Shown in pieces: positions 51,575 to 64,000 of a DNA stretch of 64,000 nt (positions within the stretch are counted from its first letter, which is position 1; each line of letters starts with the position of its first letter). Origin of the DNA: Ginglymostoma cirratum (taxonomy: Eukaryota); assembly GCA_024137785.1 (NCBI GenBank), contig JAHRHZ010000082.1, positions 8,324,371-8,388,370 of the forward strand. The letters run 5' to 3'. The position numbers were made by a program, and so were the translations under genes. The notes below the pieces were generated by a model. That model was not told the origin of the DNA, ran no database searches, and saw only the letters and a list, made by a program, of their open reading frames with translations.

Positions 51575-51932
51575 CAATAACTGGACGAGTAATTCAAAGA
51601 CCCAAGCTAATGTTCTGGGTTCAAATCCCATCATGTAGCTTCTGAAATTTAAATTCAATTAGTGAATCTGGAATTCAAAGTTATTCTGAGTAATGACAAA
51701 CATCATGGATCGTTTTAAAAAAAAACACATCTGGTTCACAGATCTGCTTTTGGAGATGGAAATCTTCCATCCTTTACTTAGTCAGCTAGCCTGGCCTGTG
51801 TGTGACTCCAGGTCCACACAATGCAATTGACTTTTAAATACCTCCTGCCATGGGCTTGTCAACAACACACTTCAAGGGAAATTACAGGTGGGAAGCAAAT
51901 GCCAGTGTCCCATGGAAGAATAAAGAAAAAAA
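51575..51932 (+). mobile_element. SINE family B relative
   Basis: gggttcaaatccca B-box, catctggttcac, gtgactccagg, tcccatggaagaataaagaaaaaaa. Confidence 0.8.
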
Positions 51933-53096
51933 TAATATTAGTTAATTTTGCCGCTGTAGATAAAAGCAACATCCGGGATCTAAAGAATGAAAAATGCCTG
52001 AAATATCAATACATGTCTTGTTAAGAATTTGTTCCTATTTATTGGATTTTGAAGCCCCTTGTACAGGAATGGTTTATAAATATCTTGAATACTATATTTC
52101 TAGGCTTGTAGGCAGGGGTCCGAGTGGTGAGGAAACACGATCCTTTTAAGTTTAATTTTGTGAATTAATAGTATTTAGTAATTAATCTACAAGTGCCATT
52201 TTGTCTGTTGGTTTCAACTAAGTGGAAATAGAGGTAAAACGGGTGGGTCAACGTTTGTGTTTGAGGCCATCAGACCAGAAAAGTGGATAAATGCACTTGT
52301 ACATATCAATATCAAGATAGGGCACTTCTTGTAGTCGTCTTATAGAGTCGTTGGAAAATAGGAGCGAAGAATGCTATATGGAACAGTTCAATGGATAGTG
52401 GATTTTGTAATACTAGAAAAGTATGATGTGTTGTGTTACATTGTTTGACATCAGTCCCATAAGTAAACTGAAACAGATTGATTGTTTTGATGAACTTTGA
52501 AAGGAGCTCCAAGTATCTTGATTTGCCTATGACCCAGAAAGGTTAAAGGTCAAGAGTCCCTGAGAATATGCCCGAAGGACTGTCTCTTCTAAGGAAGTAG
52601 CAAGAGGGAAAAATAGAACAGAACTGCTCTTAATCAGTTAATGTCAACTGATGACTCGTTTAGAGACAAAATACAATTCTAAAGTGCCCAGTCATTGAAT
52701 GTGCTTATTCCATTGAGGGAATTTTGTGTTCATTAGGAAGTTTGAGTGCAGAGTATATATTTCTTAGGATTTTTATCCTCCCTGTTAACCGTGAACTGAT
52801 CTAAACATGTATGGAGGCCTCCCAATGTAATCTCTGCATCAAACCAATTGAGAACAAGTAACCTGTTTAAGAATTCGCTGACGTATCGTCTGTCGAGTTT
52901 GGCCCCAACATGCTGTCAAACAAAAGATGTCTTAAACATTTGAAACTCCAGTTGTGGGAACGCTGCCTAATTTTCAGCTTGCTTGAATGCAATGCAATTC
53001 TCATTGTTGGAAGTAAATGTGAGCCTGTTCCTTGAATGATTGTAAGTAAAAACTATTAAACTTGTTACCCATTGAAAAGTTACTTATTAAGAGGCT

Positions 53097-53210
53097 CTTA
53101 GAGTGCAGTGGTAGTGGCCCAACCTCAGGGTCAGCACTTTTGGTGTTGGACTCCCACCTGCTACGATGATATGTGATGACATGTTTGAACATGTTGATTT
53201 TAAAAAAAAA
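53097..53210 (+). mobile_element. Short (~115 bp) tRNA-derived SINE
   Basis: gcagtggtagt head, tcccacctgct, tgaacatgttgatttt; colinear with 58905-59021. Confidence 0.65.
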
Positions 53211-54233
53211 AGTGACTTGGATTGTCCCAGTTTAAGCTCCATGACTTGATCATTTATGAAATAAGGGAGCATTTGGCTAGAACCACTTGGTTTGATGTGT
53301 AATGCTTTGAATAGGTATTGTCAATTTTACTGGGACTAAGACAGTATAGATATGACTTGGAAAGTCTGAATGATTCAAAGCTCCCTATTGGAACTGTTCA
53401 TAAATAGTTGGAAAGTATGGACTGTATTTGTTCAGAGGTTGTACTCTTCCTTCCTCTTGTGCTTTGTTCCTCCCCTCAACATGGTTGCCAGGTGTACAAA
53501 GCCTTTAAAAAGGAATGTACTCAGAATCTGATATGTTTTACACAGAGCAAACTCAGTGGCTGCTCTGGTTTAGAAACATCACTGGCCTCTCTGCATGCCA
53601 CTAAGAGTCAACACCCCTAACAGAGAAGGGGAAGAAACAGGGGAGGGGGCAGGCATGTTGCTTACTAAAATGGAATACTTTTCTAATATTTGTTATCTAA
53701 CTTACTGAAGGATTTGTGCTTCATTTTCTAAGTTGTATGGATGCATCATGCTCTATATTAAAATTGGAACTGGTATGTGGATTTTGCCCAATAAGTGGTA
53801 TAGGAGATACATGGCTTGTATTGTATTGTTTATCACTGCTCAGATCTGTATATATCATTTTGGAAGAGTTATACTGGAAAAAGTTAAGATAAACGTCTTT
53901 CTTTTCACTGACAATACATTTTATTATGTCAGTAGTTCCATTCAAAATCAATAAAAGACAGATGGCAAACTCCACAGTCTTGTTTGCCAAATAGGTCCAT
54001 AACAATTTAATCCTGCAGAAAACTCTGTGGTTGGTTTATTTGTCGATGCAACCGTCAAATGTGGCACAGAACAGCTTAGATCCAGAGCATACAAATTCTG
54101 ATCTTTGAGTCTCTGCTAGTTGACAGAAAGGGCGCTATGAAAGGTCACAGCATTTCTTGGTTTGATATGTGATGCATCAGTCAAGGCTGTTGCTCATGAT
54201 CGCTCTTTAGTGGTTTACACTGAGAGATTCACA

Positions 54234-54282
54234 TGTCTCTGTCTCTGTCTCTGTGCCTGTCTCTGTCTCTGTGCCTGTCTGT
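54234..54282. repeat. (TGTCTC)n-like microsatellite
   Basis: tgtctctgtctctgtctctgtgcctgtctc... Confidence 0.85.
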
Positions 54283-56653
54283 GCATGAATTCTGGGTGAA
54301 TTCGGAATCAGGCTGAGCTGTGATGGCCCCCAGGAGGAAAAAGTGCACTGATACTCTGTGATAGATGAGGCCAGTCCTTTTGGGTGAGGTGGCAGAGGAC
54401 TGCCAGCATTTGTTCAAGAACCTTCCAAAATGAGCCGTCATCAGGAGCCAAGGGAGAAAATTGGAAAGGAACACTGTTACACATTTACATGAGGTCTGAA
54501 CCAACTTTATGAATAGTACTTTTAAATTTAGAGTCTCTCCCAGGTAGGCCGTGTAAAAGCATTTTGTTTTTAATATGTAAACTTTATCTTATAAATGTGA
54601 CTGACATACAATTCTGTTTTACTTTTTGCATTAGCTATTCCACATACTACCACCCACTACCTGATGATCAAAAGACGGCTTATTCCTAACCTCAATATTG
54701 GAACTACAAGCTGTCAAATGTGACATTGTGAGCAACATTCACTCAGCACTGAAGGCTAAAACTCAACATTCCCTCTGACAAATCTAAACAGGACACCATG
54801 ACAATGTCAAAAACCAGCGCATCGTTTCAACACCTCTTCATTTTGGCCTACATCTGTGCTTAATTTGGCATTGGACACCTTTTCTAATATAATTCCGAAA
54901 ATAAACTGCAAGGAAGGAAGATTGCAGAAGAAATGAGAGAAAATACCACATGATAAAATGACTGTTGTTGATGGATCTCAATGAGGGACCTTTTGAATGG
55001 ATTTTCACCATTCACAATTTGACAGATATCTAACTCGTCTAATGCTGAGATTGCCAGATTAAAATTTCTGCTTGAACAGTATTCATTTGTGTCTGAAGAA
55101 TTTTGTTGTCACATAAATAGGTAATATTAATGAGCATGCCAAGGGCATTGGGTTGTAAATGCTTCATGGTTGTGGAATCTACAGTTTGAACTTGGTATCA
55201 TTGAGATATTTTTATTGTCCTTTTTAATGTAGTGAATATTAGGATTTAGTGAGCATTTTAAAAGTTTTACACTACAAATGAAGTGAACTGACTGGCTCTG
55301 TATGTTCATTTGTGCTTTCTCATAAAACAGACTTCCATCTATGAATGAATTGTGTTCAGTTTTATATATTTATTGAGTGTATGTCCAAATAATTCTGATT
55401 ACACTGTACTCTGTCTTCCCTTTTAAATCATTGTCCATTTGAAATGCTTGAACTGCTTAATTTTAAAACGACCGTCAGAAAGGACTCCTATAGAAAACTA
55501 TTTTTCTCATTGACATTTGCATCTTTACTAAGTTTAATTGGCTCAGGGCAGTTTAGACAAAGTTACTCTGTGATTTGCAATAATAGCTCTTCCAACATAG
55601 AAAAAAAGATAGCCCGTGAAAGATTTCAATAGAATGCTGGGTTTAAGATGTACAGTATGTGTTCTGCGTTATCTCTATGTTACCCTACAAAGGGAAATTA
55701 GTGTTATACAGCATCTTATTAAAGGTTTTAAACACGCCAGGAATAGAAAGCTGAATTCAGCAAAATATAAGCTGGCTCAGTGCTATGACTTACTGCCAAT
55801 ACATTTTATTTAAAATGGAGGCTGGGGGCTACATGTGATTTCATACAGATAATGATAGATAAAGAGTTATTGCCCTCTCAATTCATATGTTCTTCCTTTC
55901 CAGCTATGCCCCTGACATGACCAACCAAGTAATATATATATAAAATGAAGTTTTAGTCACTAAAGAGAACTGACTTTTTGAAAAAGAGATCTACTGACAA
56001 TCATCACAACCTTAAAATAGCTGCTCCTATTTGTTTTGAGTGACTACAAAGGCAGTGTTTCATCTTTTATTTAAGACATGGATTCCAGTAAAATAATTTG
56101 ATGTGTACCTTTCAATTTTATTTTGTATTTATGATTTTACTTTGCAATTGTAAAGTGCATGTATGACCTTGCATAATAAATATTTTACAAAGAAAATTTA
56201 TTTTGTTTGTCTTATCTTTAGTCACAGTTGAGGATTACTTGAGACTGCTATACATTAAAGTCGCAATTCGTCTGGTTTGAATCCCCTGTCTGTCTCAAAG
56301 CATCCATATCAGCCTTGCTGCTCAACAAAAAATCATATGGGGTCAGATGTTTAGCTGAAGAGAGATGGAAATGAAAAGAGAGTTGTCCAGTTTGCTCTTT
56401 TGAGTGCACTCAACCTGCCACTTTGAGTATCAATAATAGCAGGCACACAGCACATTATCTACCTGCTCTCTGCACTGATGATACTGCCAAAAGTATTCAG
56501 TTTGAAAATAATCACTTCCTTCATAATAATAAAGTCGCTTGTATTTGCTTTCTATTAAATAAGAAGGACTTGAGAGTTAAAATTTCAGAGCTGGAAAAAA
56601 TTAAATATCTGCCAGTAATTTGTGACTTTGATTGGGTAGTAACTGTATCCACC

Positions 56654-57305
56654 TGGCTCAATACTTGGCTTTGTTGCTTCTAACTCTCAAGGTTGTGGAT
56701 TTTCCACTCAGCACATGAGCAGACAATGTAGATCAACAATTCAGCGGGGAGGTGATAGCCTAGTGGTATTTTTGCTGGACTAATAATTCAGAGACCCAGA
56801 TAATATTCCGTGGACTCAGATGGCCGAATTTGAATTCAATAAAAATAATCTGGAATGAAGAGTCTAATGGTGACCATGAATTCATTGCCTCCAAGTGACT
56901 CCAGACCCACAGCAATGTGGTTGACTCTTAACTGCCCTCTGGGCAATAGGGATGGGCAGCGACACCCTCATCCCGTAAATGAATAAAGAATAAAGCACTG
57001 AAGGAGAGTTGTATTACTGACCATCTGCAGGTTTATGTGGATGATCAAGATCCCATGGCACAATTTTGGAAAACAGTGGAGTTCTTCTGCTGTCCTGGCC
57101 AATGTGTATTCTTCAACTGATGTCACTATAGGTTATCTGGTCAGGTATTTATTTGCTGTTTGTAGGACTTTGCTGTGCCCAAATTAGCCACTGTGTTGGT
57201 CTCCATTACAAGTCACTACATTTCTGAAGTGGTTAATTGGTTCTGCAGTTGCCTATTGGGATATGCTTTCAAAGTAAAAAGCAATATATAAATGCAAAAC
57301 TTTTA
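56654..57305 (+). mobile_element. DeuSINE (SacSINE1/AmnSINE1-like), interrupted by SINE B
   Basis: Deu-domain-like gatcccatggcac...gagttct...tgtcctggccaat...ttatctggtca...ttgctgtttgtagga.tt.gctgtgc.caaatt; tail tatataaatgcaa. Confidence 0.75.
56746..56992 (+). mobile_element. SINE family B with internal deletions, nested in DeuSINE
   Basis: ggggaggtgatagcctagtggta head to cccgtaaatgaataaagaa tail. Confidence 0.9.
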
Positions 57306-58904
57306 TTTTTATAATAATTGAGATCAAATTGATTCAAACTTGTAGCAAGGTTCAGTAAAGTAATTTTTGAGCAGATCTTCCTGTTTGTGTGCATTGACCT
57401 GTTGAATTTCTTTGGGTAAAACAAATGAAGGACATAAACATGAAGGAGAAAGTGACCTTATAAAACTCCCTCATGTTGCAACTACTTCAGAAAGGACAGA
57501 AAATCGGAAGGGCACTAGAACTCTGTACTCTCCACTGTGTTCATTATAGATTGTGATCAAGCAGTGCAACAGACTAAAGAACAGAAATGTCTGACCCAAA
57601 CTGGAATCGGAGAAACCATTTCAGTGTAAAATAACCTGTTAAATACAATCACTTTGCAAACTTATTCGAGAATGCTGGTGTAGAGATATGCTGCTTAATA
57701 GATTTAGAACTAACAATCCAAGATTGAAACCAAGCTGCCCCTTTTGCAGAAAAGGGTCAGAGTTTCCCTTTTTTGTTACCTCCAGCCTGTAACTTTCCAT
57801 TCATTCATTTTACTGGGCACCAATTCTAATTTTTTCCAAATACTTTTAACGGTTTTGCCAATTTAAGTGAACTGTAACTGATTAAAATATTAATTAAAAT
57901 AATTAGTTTAGTCAATGAGTTAAACCACATGGAACAGTGCAGTACATTTTCACCTATCAGATTGTTACAACTGTTAGATTAAAACAAGCAATAGCCCTTC
58001 TCAGCAGTGGCTTTGCAACTCACGTGATGTATCAGCTGAAATATGTAATCGTGAATGCAGTGGTCTTTATTTAGTCTTGTATTCCATTATTAAATAAGGC
58101 ATGACATGTTAATATAACTTGCAACTTAGATGGCTTTTATAATGGATTATTGCATCCAGTTACTTAGTTCTTTGAAAAAAAAAGTTAATTGACAGAATGT
58201 TCTCTTACCAAAATAAACAACAGCCATGGGTCGACGTGACTAATTGCATAGCACAAATTAAATTTCAAGAGATTTTAAATCTTTTGGCAATGTATCTGTA
58301 AATTCCTTGTTTCCCCATCAGGTAATCTGTACTGTAACACAATTCGATGATTCTAGGTAAATCATGAGGTGGGGCAAGTTTTCAACTGGCATAGAGGCAT
58401 AATTAAGCCAGTCAGAAATTTTGCAATGGATATGTGACATATTTTTGGCTGAGTACCTTTTTAACAACCTACAAATATTAGAATCACTGAAACCAGGGCT
58501 TACGTTTGTTTAAAAAAATGACGATGTTCCCAATCAAGGCAGCCAATCGGCTTTTAGTGTAAAGGTTAGAAACATAACCCAGCCTTATTACATGTTCTTA
58601 TGGGAAAATGGTTTTCGTTTCGCACATTTTCATTTCTCATCCATTATTTAAGAACACTAAATGTGTGCTACATCATTTAGCAAGGCCATGTCGTGGTGTT
58701 AGTAGGGAATTCAGCCTATATTACAAGCAGATCACATTGAATGCTCAACAGCTGAAGTCGCAAATGCATTGGTCTGCAGTCTTGGCAATAATAGAAGGGA
58801 AATGAAGATCTGTGGTGGGACAGCATTGGTCTTCTAAATTGCAGATTTGATTCCTGCCTGTGCCTTGAGGCAACAGTTTGATTTGATTTTTTTTTTCCTG
58901 TCTC

Positions 58905-59021
58905 ACCCTTGTGACACAGTGGTAGTATCCCTCCCTCTGTGTCAGAAGATCTGGGTTCAAGACTCCCCTTCCCCAGGCATGTTCCATTACATGCCTGAAC
59001 AGGTTGATTAAAAATATCTAT
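58905..59021 (+). mobile_element. Short (~115 bp) tRNA-derived SINE
   Basis: cagtggtagtatccct A-box-like, gggttcaag B-box, ctgaacaggttgattaaaaata end. Confidence 0.7.
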
Positions 59022-59639
59022 AAGGTGAATAGAAGGAAACCTACTATTTCCAGTCTTTTATCTAACAATTCCAGCATTTGAAGTGACCTAGAAGCATTTG
59101 CATCTCACAATGGATCATAAAAAAGTGCTTTAACTTCTGCTGCAGTGACTTTGCCATACACATGATTCCTTGTCACAAAATATCTCCAGACTTTTTTGTC
59201 TTCACTCACTCTCATCCCTACCCCATTCAATTCCCATTAGAGATCTAAGACCAGTTTCATTCATTGGGTTCCAAACCTGTATTTGCCATTTATTTCCTTC
59301 TATTGGCATTATTATCTTCTGAAGATCATATTGGAGATGCTAAAGTCTAAAATATAAAGCAGATTTTTTTTCTGCCCTTGAATAAAGTTGTTACGTTCTT
59401 CAAAGTTTGATGTTATTAAATGTCTCATGAAGATAATAATTACTTTAATGTTTTTACTCATACTTTTTTCATATGTTTCAAAAAATGCAAAAGTGTTTGT
59501 CTGCATCCAGATGATTTACAGATGGATCAACAAGGCCTCTTTTGCAACAATATTATGAGAGTAAGCTTGGTGAGTTATGTGTCAATGTCTCTCTAAAAGT
59601 GTGGTCTGTAGCTAGCACTTAATTGATTGTTAATGACTA

Positions 59640-60585
59640 AGAATTAAAGTAAGCAAATAAAGTAAAGTGATTTTCTTCCAGCCTTGGATGGGGTAAACAG
59701 GCACTACGGAGAATAGCTGATTAGTTAATTAGGTAAAGCAGTTCACTGTAATTAAAAGGTATATAACTGCAAAGGTCTCTGAGTAGCTTGCACGTAGAGC
59801 GCAGATTTCAACCAAAGGGACTCTGGTAAATGTTGGGTTAGCTGTCATGAGGATTTACTTTCTTCAACATCCAATACTTGGTTCTTACTTTGGTGCAAGA
59901 GAGGGAACTATTGGTGAGTGACTGGTAAGCTGTTCTATGTGTAATACATTGTCAGTACAGTTAAAATAAGGCAGGGGAAGTGGAATGTATGGCCTGTGTG
60001 GAATATGGGGAGTCATGTGCCTGAGTTGAATACATCTGCAGAGAGAGTCTCTGCACAAACTTGAACTCTGTGATTCGAAACTCAGGTGCAAGTTGGAGTC
60101 ACTGTCATGCATCCAGGACGTAAAGGATGACGTGGATAACATATTTAGGGAGGTGGTCATACTCTAGCTTAAGGCTGTGTAGATTGATAAGGAATGGATA
60201 ACCATGAGACAGTCCAAGAGAGCCAGGCAGGTGGTACATGTGACCCTTGGGATGATCCCTAATGTTTTGAATAATAGGAAGTGATCTCATTTAAACTTGC
60301 AAATTTTTGTACAGAGCTTGACAGCATATATGCAGACAATATTTCCGCTGACAGGGACGTAATCTTAGGATAAGGGGAAGGGCGTGGTGAATATTTGGAG
60401 GGCTGTGGAAGTTTAATTATTGAGCGTGCTCAAAACGGAAATTGATCATTTTCTGGAAACTAATGGCATTGAGGGATATGAAGATTATGTGGGCAACTAG
60501 CATTGAGGAGACACTCAGTCAGAATCTAGAATGGCAGGGCAGTGTTGATGGGCTGAATGTTCCACTCCTGTTTCTATGTTTCTTC
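59640..60585 (+). mobile_element. CR1 5' region/ORF1 start joined to a CR1 3' end
   Basis: ECMAC...HKLELCDSKLRCKLESLSCIQDVKDDVDNIFREVV*...KEWITMRQSKRARQVV (CR1 ORF1 Cys/coiled-coil N-terminus), then from ~60275 SDLI... and 3'UTR ending tttctatgttt. Confidence 0.75.
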
Positions 60586-62803
60586 CCAATGTACAAAAAG
60601 TAGACTAGAGTAGCATGGATAGCTCTTCTTTGAGGGAAAAGACTAATGAATGTATTGGAGACTGCTCTAATGGCTCAGCTAATTGTAAAACAGCTATTGG
60701 TGATATCTCACAGGTAAAATCATGGAGCCTTGTGCAAGAGAATTAAACAAATTTTTAAAGTTTTTTGAACGTTGCACTTTGAGGAATCGCAAGTACAAAG
60801 GAAAGCAAAATAAAAATTGATCACACGAATCCTTGCTTTAGTTGTCCCACTCCCATCCTCAACAATTGTCTGGAGAGAATTCAGCAGAGCCCAACCACAT
60901 GAATGACAGCCAACACCAATAAGACATTTACAATTCGTCAAGATGGGTGTGATGAGCATGTTTGTTGGCATTTATCTTGCTTCACTCTGGATGTTAGCAT
61001 TAATCTCCTAGGAGGCCTATTACTAAAAGCATAACAACGCTGCAGCCATTTTGACCAACTTCAGCTGATCCTGGCGAAACTATGTGCAAAGCATACCCAT
61101 GAAAGTTGCACCCTTACATCAATCTGAATGAAGACATGAATCTCACTGTTTCCGTCTTGTGTGGAACTCTTGGAGTTACATCACAGAAACCAGTCTTTCC
61201 TAGATTTGAAGGAGAGGATTATTTATTACTTGGAGAAAGGGATTGAAGAGACCGGGCGACTTGCAAGTAACTTTCTAGTTTGCAATGTAAGCATGTAAAT
61301 TAATAAATACCTTTAAATTCCCCACCAGTTCAGATATCTCCAGGTTGAGGATATCTTGTCAGTTACTTATATTCTGAAATAGGCCATTTACAACTGTGCA
61401 GCGTAAAAATAATTTAAATTCATTTTCCATTGTTATCATTTAGTGTGGAAGTATACCAAGGCAGAGTTTGGAGAAAGGGGCAAAATAAGTGGCCACCTTG
61501 AACAGTACCATCCAGAGGTCCCGTTCAAGGACAGTGAGTGCGCTGCTGAATTTAAGGGGCCAGTGGGGGAGCACTGAATGTTTTACAATCCTGTTGACAG
61601 AGGTGGGAAACTCTACCATGTCTGATCTTGCCCTCACTTGGTGAATTTCTGTATAAGTTGAAGTAACGGCAACCTATTGACAATGATCAGCAGATGCTAG
61701 CCAATTTCCACTAACCACTTGAGCCCACTAACCGTTGACTTTTATGTGCTGGGTGACTGTGGTTTACGACACGAGGGTGGACTGTGCAGAACAGTAATGC
61801 CAGACTGGGCCAGCAATGAACTTGTTTGTGAAATCAAAAGCAAGGTGAATGATCAGGGCGTGTGATGCATGTGGGTAGTTGCTGGTTGCACAGATTGTGA
61901 CCATGTCTGCTCAGAGAGAGCTTGCTGGCTACCATTGTATGAAAAAAGGTTGAAACATTTTCACTACTGCAACGCAACTGCAATAAGGGTTAAGCTCTGA
62001 GAATAGGATTAATATTTATTTACAATCTGAGGAAATATCTGATCAAGAAAGCTAGCATTTGACAGAATGATTGAGCTGGAAGTATACGTACATCTCATTT
62101 TCACTTGTAGAACAATAGAATATTATGAGTCTTAACAACAGGATACTACTTCCTTTGTAACACCAGTTGTGGCTTTTCCCTGACAGTAACAGTCTCAGAT
62201 CAGCCAGTGAGAGGCATCGATCTTCTACCACTCTCATGTTCCATGGGCTTCACTTGACAAGGCTGTAATCCTGATACAGCAGATGATAGAGCAATTCCGC
62301 TTTCGTCTGAAACCGGAGGCAGTACTGGAGTACATCTGACCACTTGTCTTACTGTCTATCAGCAAGTGGAAGTGGATTCAAAGCTATTCATTCATTTCCC
62401 ACTAAAGGAAGACTGGCCATCTGTGAACACTTTTGCAAATCCAAGCTGATCTCCTTTCATACTTTGTGTAATTCCACTTCAGCTCTGGAAAGAACAGAGG
62501 TGTGCCCATTGCTGTATTTTATTCACAACTATTGAATTGCCTCAGAAGGGTACAGGAAAATGGTTATCTTTGAGCTAGAAAGCTAGAGTCTGGTTCTGAG
62601 AATAACATCTCAGTTACAATTCAAATAATAAAATTGATTGCAAAGCCATTTTAGAATTACAGTGCTGGAAAATAAATTTGCTTATTCTTTAAATTGAAAT
62701 TGAAATTGTTTGATTAAGCTGGAAGAAAATGCTAGAGCTGTTTGTGGGTCAGACCTGTATGACATTGGACTTACTTTTCTTCCTAAATTTTTCTTTATTC
62801 AAT

Positions 62804-62818
62804 TGTGTGTGTGTGTGT
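62804..62818. repeat. (TG)n microsatellite
   Basis: tgtgtgtgtgtgtgt. Confidence 0.85.
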
Positions 62819-62843
62819 AGAAACCTGTCTCCATATTTGAGAG

Positions 62844-63040
62844 ATAGTAGGAACTGCCGATGCTGGAGAATCTGAGATAACAAGGTGTAGATCTGGATGA
62901 ACACAGCAGGCCAAGCAGCATCAGAAGAGCAGGAAAGCTGACATTCAGAAAGAAGAAGGGTCGAGACCCGACACGTCAGCTTTCCTGCTCCTCTGATGCT
63001 GCTTGGCCTGCAGTGTTCATCCAGCTGTACACCTTGTTAT
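62844..63040. mobile_element. PLE-derived fold-back element with 14-bp TSD
   Basis: Arms ~62877-62944 and ~62973-63040 with ~5 mismatches; TSD tccatatttgagag (62830-62843) / tccatatttaagag (63041-63054). Confidence 0.9.
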
Positions 63041-63389
63041 TCCATATTTAAGAGTTTCCTCACCAAGCTATCAAGTTAGCTGCTGAACTTCAGTTCCTTA
63101 TTTGCCCTTAATGGAGCAAACATTCTCTATTAATAGGGACAGAAAAATTAGAAGATTTAGGGAAAATAATATGTAAAACTTAAAACTCCTCAAAGAGGAA
63201 TTGCTTGAGGTTAACGATAAATGTACACTTTGAATTGGACTTAGTTCTCTGCAATGTGAATTCCCCATACAGAGAATGATCCAGGAAGCTGCTGAAAGGA
63301 GATTGTGCACTTTTTCAATGCTGAGTAATCTGTGAGAATACTCCCTGATGTGGGCAAACACATAACAAAACACCATCAATGTAAGACAG

Positions 63390-63605
63390 TTGCCAAGAAA
63401 TTTAATAGGGAATTTGGAAAAAACTTCTTCAGCAAGAGAGTGCTGCGAATGTGGGGTTTGTGACTGCAGGGGGTGGTTGAAAATGAAGGGTTACTATGAA
63501 AAACTTGGTGAAGAAAAATGAAATAAAGGTATGAGTGGAACATAAATACCAGACTAAATGGGTCAAGTGGTTTGTTTCCATCCCACGTATCCTTATGCAA
63601 CACTA
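63390..63605 (+). mobile_element. Decayed CR1 3' end
   Basis: aaacttcttcagcaagagagtgctgcgaatgtgg (NFF.QRVV..W-like) and 3'UTR gtggaacataaataccagac. Confidence 0.6.
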
Positions 63606-64000
63606 TGTAGATGGTCAGTGAAATCTGAACACTTCAATACATCTTCAACTGATCAACTTCCAAGGCAAAAGGAGAAAACTGGGGCAAGGCCAAGTGCCTA
63701 TCTTCTCAGTTAGAAAACTGGATGTATACCTTGCCAACACAAAACTAAAGGAGAAAAAAGCTTGTTATTGCCTTTTTGATCCAAGTTGATAGTTAAAACA
63801 AGGCTGCTGAAAAAGAAAGACAGAAAGAATGGGCAAAATCTTATAAGAATCTGAGCAATGTGGTGAGACGAGTGGCAGAATCAGACGAAAAGTCCCCAAA
63901 TGAGGCCCAGCTTGATATCAGGACTAACTCACTCCATCTTTAATGTTTTTCATAAAGTGACATGGTGAGATTCTCACTAGGCAGTAATGAGTTGTCAATT

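Noticed and set aside
1-64000. CRISPR arrays, operons or other prokaryotic systems
   Set aside because: No repeat-spacer array and no gene-dense coding; the sequence is vertebrate repeat-rich DNA.

Overview
This is non-coding, repeat-rich vertebrate genomic DNA, almost certainly from an elasmobranch (shark or ray). The evidence is HE1/V-SINE copies, CR1 LINE 3' ends with (CTATGAYT)n tails, a DeuSINE-like element and a recurrent tRNA-headed SINE. I recognise no host protein-coding exon. The supplied ORFs are random, repeat-derived, or decayed CR1/L2/Harbinger fragments. The window looks intronic or intergenic. The most interesting signal is nine short Penelope-like (PLE) pseudo-LTR derivatives, most carrying a complete or decayed minimal hammerhead-ribozyme motif (CTGANGA-A-stem II-GAAAC-GTY). 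Three (10295-10436, 21801-22018, 62844-63040) have 13-14 bp target-site duplications. Three are long fold-back palindromes, and two of these share nearly identical termini with a ~33 nt unpaired tail, suggesting a non-autonomous, ribozyme-bearing retroelement family. Hammerheads in PLEs are already known. Whether this TSD-flanked fold-back form is undescribed needs a database check. All family names come from recalled consensus patterns, not from a search, and boundaries of old repeats are approximate.
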